51,620 bases of DNA, taken from NCBI GenBank assembly GCA_044238365.1, contig JBIIDM010000004.1:1-51620 (forward strand), in the 5' to 3' direction. Source of the stretch: Bdellovibrionota bacterium (GTDB lineage Bacteria; Bdellovibrionota_C; UBA2361; JBIIDM01). Under the pieces are notes generated by a model. The model did not search any database. It saw only the letters and a program-made list of their open reading frames with translations, and was not told the DNA's origin. Below, piece after piece: positions 47,769 through 51,620 of the stretch. How positions within the stretch are numbered: the first letter of the stretch is position 1; each line of letters starts with the position of its first letter. Made by a program: the position numbers and the translations under genes.

Positions 47769-48875
47769 ATGGGATCGATGTACGAATTATTAGAGCCGTT
47801 AGATTTTCGGTGGGTGAGTTTTTTACAAAAGGCGGGAAAATTCGATAGTTATCATGAGCCTGCCTATTCGTCCCTTTGCGGGGAATATGAGGGGGGCGAG
47901 CCATTTGCCCTTTGGGGAAAAGAGGACGGCGGTTATGAAATGCTGGTGCCCTTGCTTTTTAAGCGAATCCCTGTTCCGCTTGTAGGGAAAAGAAGAAACA
48001 ATCAAGTAGTCGAATGGTGGGATGCTTCTTCACCCTACGGGTTTCCCGGTCCGTTGATGATTTATCCAGAAGGAGCCTCCTCCGGGGACTGTGCCGCAGC
48101 TTGGATAAAATTTCAGTCAGGGGGGCGGGATTTTCTTCGAGCAAGAGGAGTCGTTTCCTTGTTTGTACGACTGCACCCCACTTTAAATCCTCTTTCGTCA
48201 TTTCCGGTCGCTTATGGGGCTCTTTCCGAGCCTTCCCAAACTGTGTATGTGGATTTAACGTCTTCGTTGGAAGATATTCACTCCCAAATGGCAAAATCGC
48301 ACAGAGCAGGAGTCAGAAAGCTCCAGCAAATGGGATTTAAAGCGATTGTCAACGACGTAAGCTTATTACCTGATTTTGTTCGTCTTTATCACAAAACCAT
48401 GGCTCGATTGGAGGCATCCGAGAATTACTACTTTAGTATCTCATACTTTGAGAGCTTGCATCAGGCGTTTGGAGATCGCCTTTCTTTGGTAATGATATGC
48501 TCTCCCGAGGGCGAGATGGCGGCGGGTGGATTGTTTCTTGAGGCGGGGGAATTTGTGCAGTTCCATTTGTCGGCCGCAGCTGAAGAATACAGATCGTTGG
48601 CCCCCGGGAAGCTCACCTCGGTTGCTGGCTTTGAATTTTTTAAATCAAGAGGGCGCAAGATTTTCCACTTTGGTGGTGGTTTTGGTGGACGTATGGATTC
48701 GTTGTTTACCTATAAGTCGCGCTTTTCGCCTCTTAGAGGTAATTTTCAGGTTTGGAAGGCGATAATTAACGACGAGGTATATTTTGACTGCGCCGGCACT
48801 TCCCCCGATTGCGATCCAGCCTTTTACGAGGGATTTTTCCCACACTATCGACGAGTAATCCCGAATCAGTCATGA
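47769..48875 (+). CDS. GNAT-fold FemAB-like protein (polysaccharide/envelope modification type)
   Basis: D.YH.P.Y, D..SPYGF.GP, F.RLHP, Y..TM.RL.A...YYF, HFGGG....DSLF.YK..F, FFP.YR. Confidence 0.85.
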   Translation: MGSMYELLEPLDFRWVSFLQKAGKFDSYHEPAYSSLCGEYEGGEPFALWGKEDGGYEMLVPLLFKRIPVPLVGKRRNNQVVEWWDASSPYGFPGPLMIYPEGASSGDCAAAWIKFQSGGRDFLRARGVVSLFVRLHPTLNPLSSFPVAYGALSEPSQTVYVDLTSSLEDIHSQMAKSHRAGVRKLQQMGFKAIVNDVSLLPDFVRLYHKTMARLEASENYYFSISYFESLHQAFGDRLSLVMICSPEGEMAAGGLFLEAGEFVQFHLSAAAEEYRSLAPGKLTSVAGFEFFKSRGRKIFHFGGGFGGRMDSLFTYKSRFSPLRGNFQVWKAIINDEVYFDCAGTSPDCDPAFYEGFFPHYRRVIPNQS

Positions 48876-48936
48876 TCCCTATTTTGTTCTATTACTCTCG
48901 TTCTTACGTCGCTAAAAATTTCATTTAAAGTTCAGC

Positions 48937-49704
48937 ATGTTAGGATATTCTTTATTGAATCAAGCTTGGCCCCCACGCACAAAGATCATTCTTCTTTCGG
49001 GAGTCATTTTTACGTCTTTGGTAGGGTGGTCAAAGTTCGCGAGTCCCCAAGGGCTCGAAGAGGTGAGTAAGGCCTTTGCATGCGCCGAGAAGAGTAGTGA
49101 GCAGGAAGGTAAGGTGATCCTTGGGAATGTAGAGAAGGCTTATGGCGCCGTAAAAGCTCTGAAGGCAAAGTTTCAGCAGGTTTCCTATTTGGCTTCGCTC
49201 GATGAACGGGAGCGTTCTGAGGGGAGCATGCATTTTAGGGCCGCCCAGGACCAAGAACACGGTGTGGGAATGCGCTGGGACTACCTTAAGCCCGAGCCAC
49301 AAACCTTTCTGATAAAGGGTTCGACAGTCTGGTTTTACCAGGCTCTTGATAAGCAAGTGATAATTGATAACGTGAGCAAGTTGTTGCTGTCCGATGCGCC
49401 AGTCGCATTTCTTTTGGGTGTGGCGAAACTGCACGAATCATTCAAGCTTACGGGAAGTTGTAAGACTTCTCGCGGGGTAGCACTTACGTTAAAGGATTCG
49501 CGCGAGGAGAAGCAGGGGCAACTTGATTATTTCACGTTGCTAGTAGATCCGGAGACCTGGCTTCCGATCGGTGCGGAGGTAATAGATCTTAGTTCAAATA
49601 AAACTACAATATTGTTTGACAAACTCGAGGTGAACGGTACAATTTCCGCTGAAAGCTTTAAGCCCTCTTGGCCACGTACGGTTGATGTGATCGATCGTAG
49701 GTAG
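48937..49704 (+). CDS. lolA: Outer-membrane lipoprotein carrier LolA family protein
   Basis: A.FQQ, S.G.M.F, MRWDY.KP.PQ....G..VWFY....KQV, P..FL.G; N-terminal signal. Confidence 0.85.
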   Translation: MLGYSLLNQAWPPRTKIILLSGVIFTSLVGWSKFASPQGLEEVSKAFACAEKSSEQEGKVILGNVEKAYGAVKALKAKFQQVSYLASLDERERSEGSMHFRAAQDQEHGVGMRWDYLKPEPQTFLIKGSTVWFYQALDKQVIIDNVSKLLLSDAPVAFLLGVAKLHESFKLTGSCKTSRGVALTLKDSREEKQGQLDYFTLLVDPETWLPIGAEVIDLSSNKTTILFDKLEVNGTISAESFKPSWPRTVDVIDRR

Positions 49705-49709
49705 TACCT

Positions 49710-49752
49710 TGTCTCCTTTTGGGCTCTGTCTCCTTTTGGGCTCTGTCTCCTT
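49710..49752. repeat. 17-bp tandem repeat (2.5 copies)
   Basis: TGTCTCCTTTTGGGCTC x2 plus TGTCTCCTT directly after the lolA stop. Confidence 0.9.
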
Positions 49753-49810
49753 ATATCTTATATAAGGTATAGAGGGGGTCAAATTCGTCAAACGATTGCT
49801 CACATTCGAC

Positions 49811-49848
49811 TTCAACCATGTACCTTTGTTCTTACGTCGAACTCAGGT
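49811..49848 (+). mobile_element. Family A solo right end
   Basis: TTCAACCATGTACCTTTGTTCTTACGTCGAACTCAGGT matches the right end at 13381-13418; a 12-nt fragment GTTCTTACGTCG also occurs at 48900-48911. Confidence 0.85.
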
Positions 49849-50012
49849 TTTTAATTTTTTTCGTCTTTTTTGAATATAAGTGCTCCCAGATCTGAGTAGT
49901 TACTTTCCGAGAAAGCCGTTTTTTCAAATGACCCGGCCTTCATTATCCATCAGCCCTAACTAGCGGAAGGGGTGTAGAAATAATCAGGGCCGAGTAGTTA
50001 CGCCTATATTTT

Positions 50013-51521
50013 TTGATCGCTCTTATGAAGAATTCTAATTCTGGCAACATCGCTCGGTCGGGTTCCCTATCTATTATAAACGACTCTACGCTTGGTGCGA
50101 ACGAGTCAGCTTGCGGCACAGAAGTCATTGCATCGGAACTCCGGGGAATGGAAGGGGGGCAGGGTGTTGACCCTTCAAAATTCATTGGTCGCGCCGCATT
50201 GATAACACTTGGATGTGCAAAAAACCAGGTCGACTCGGAGGTAATGCTCGGAGTCCTCGAATCCACGGGATTCGAGATTGTTCAGGCACTAGAAGAAGCT
50301 GATGTGATTGTAGTGAACACCTGCGGCTTTTTGGAGAGTGCCGTCAAGGAGAGTATCGATGCAATCTTCGAAGCGAGTGAGTTTAAGAAGAACGGTCGAC
50401 TGAGAAAGCTTTTTGTGGCCGGGTGCATGGTGGAACGGTATCGTGATCAGATATCAGCCTTGCTTCCGGAAGTGGACGGATTCCTCGGGATTGATGATGT
50501 GCTTAAAGTAGGTGAATTCGCTGGTGGTGCTATTGAAGAGTTTGCGCGAGAGGTTGGGCGTCCATACTTCCTCTATGACGACACGATGCCCCGAAGAATG
50601 TCTACTCAGTCGCATACGGCCTATGTGAAGATCTCAGAGGGGTGCAATCGCCCGTGTACGTTTTGTATTATCCCTCGGATCAGGGGAAAAATGCGTAGTC
50701 GTCAGCCTGAGAGCATTATCAGAGAGGTTGAAAATTTGGTTGCCTCTGGAGTGAGAGAGATTAATCTGGTAGGTCAGGATCTCACGGCCTATGGTGAGGA
50801 TCTTTTGCAACCGGTCCCCCTTGCGAACCTTCTACATCAGCTGCAGGAAGTAGAAGGACTAGAATGGATTCGATTGCTTTATGCATATCCGTTAGGGGTT
50901 ACTTCAGAGCTGCTCGCAGCTATCCGTGATTTATCGAAAGTGTGCAAGTATCTCGATATTCCGCTGCAACATTCTGCAGAGGGAGTACTCAAGGCCATGC
51001 ATAGGCCACTTGGCAAGTGCGCGCCGCGACGGTTGGTAGAAAAGATTCGCACTGAGGCGCCTGAAGTTTCTATCCGGACGACCTTTATAGTCGGATTTCC
51101 CGGTGAAACTGAGGAAGACGTAGCGGACCTTGAGGCGTTTATCAAAGAAGGACACTTTTCAAGTGTTGGCATATTCACCTACTCCCCAGAACAGGGCACT
51201 CCTTCATTTGAACTTCCTGGGCAGATTGACGAGGAGGAAAAAGAGGCTCGGAGGGGTCGTTTAATGGAAGCGCAGGCTGAAGTGATTACCGAGAATCTTA
51301 CATCGTTTGTGGGAAAGACCATTCCGCTTCTCCTTGAAGGCAACCACGAGGACACAGACCTTCTTCTTCAGGGGCGCGCATCATTTCAGGCTCCAGAAGT
51401 TGACGGTGTGGTAATAGTTAACGATATCGTCGAGGGAATTGAGCCAGAACTTGGGCGATTCTACCGAGTCAAGATTAGCGAGGTGGCGGGGTATGACCTT
51501 GTCGGCAGTATCGTCTCCTAG
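50013..51521 (+). CDS. rimO: Ribosomal protein S12 methylthiotransferase
   Basis: LGCAKNQVDSE, VNTCGF, radical SAM CNRPCTFC, RTTFIVGFPGETEED, APEVDG TRAM domain; true start probably downstream (ATG 50025 or 50148). Confidence 0.96.
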   Translation: MIALMKNSNSGNIARSGSLSIINDSTLGANESACGTEVIASELRGMEGGQGVDPSKFIGRAALITLGCAKNQVDSEVMLGVLESTGFEIVQALEEADVIVVNTCGFLESAVKESIDAIFEASEFKKNGRLRKLFVAGCMVERYRDQISALLPEVDGFLGIDDVLKVGEFAGGAIEEFAREVGRPYFLYDDTMPRRMSTQSHTAYVKISEGCNRPCTFCIIPRIRGKMRSRQPESIIREVENLVASGVREINLVGQDLTAYGEDLLQPVPLANLLHQLQEVEGLEWIRLLYAYPLGVTSELLAAIRDLSKVCKYLDIPLQHSAEGVLKAMHRPLGKCAPRRLVEKIRTEAPEVSIRTTFIVGFPGETEEDVADLEAFIKEGHFSSVGIFTYSPEQGTPSFELPGQIDEEEKEARRGRLMEAQAEVITENLTSFVGKTIPLLLEGNHEDTDLLLQGRASFQAPEVDGVVIVNDIVEGIEPELGRFYRVKISEVAGYDLVGSIVS

Positions 51522-51620
51522 GGTGAGGTTGATGAGGTTGGCCAATCTCTTCGTCAAACGGCACTTTCGCTCACTGCGACGTGTAGTAACACGTCTCGTT
51601 TGCTCAAGTGCCGCTTTCCT
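51518..51620. repeat. Family E element, second copy (runs off window end)
   Basis: CTAGGGT...GAGGTTGGCCAATCTCTTCGTCAAACGGCACTTTCGCTCACTGCGACGTGT-AGTA-ACACGT; homologous to 45332-45430. Confidence 0.85.

Noticed and set aside
1772-51178. Numerous 60-180 aa antisense or alternate-frame ORFs inside identified genes
   Set aside because: Shadow ORFs overlapping well-supported CDSs, with no motifs.
1-51620. CRISPR array, tRNA, rRNA or transposase gene
   Set aside because: Repeats are dispersed and palindromic, not regularly spaced with unique spacers; no cloverleaf, rRNA-like tract or DDE/HUH ORF was recognised by eye.

Overview
Bacterial chromosomal window; the gene set (lolA, rimO, smc-ftsY, moxR/vWA cluster) points to a diderm organism, by inference a deltaproteobacterial/Bdellovibrionota-like lineage. 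Most of it is housekeeping: ECF sigma, yggX-proC-purH-purD, long-chain acyl-CoA ligase, moxR-DUF58-vWA, pyrF, lytic transglycosylase, pgsA, smc-ftsY, mtnB, acyl-CoA dehydrogenase, lolA, rimO. The best candidate for an undescribed system is a tightly packed 6-7 gene operon at 35270-42011. It encodes four membrane or membrane-anchored proteins, a GlmL/MutL-type ASKHA ATPase and a barrel-sandwich/KOW protein, with no B12 mutase in the window. Other oddities are a Wzx flippase-GT4 fusion, a degenerate dynamin-like protein, a divergent ATP-grasp enzyme with an unannotated divergent 52-aa ORF, and an SMC with a head insertion and atypical hinge. Intergenic DNA holds at least five families of short palindromic MITE/REP-like elements, some nested in one another with readable target-site duplications, and one showing compensatory base changes. 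No rRNA, tRNA, CRISPR array or transposase was recognised. All family assignments come from motif recognition, not database searches.
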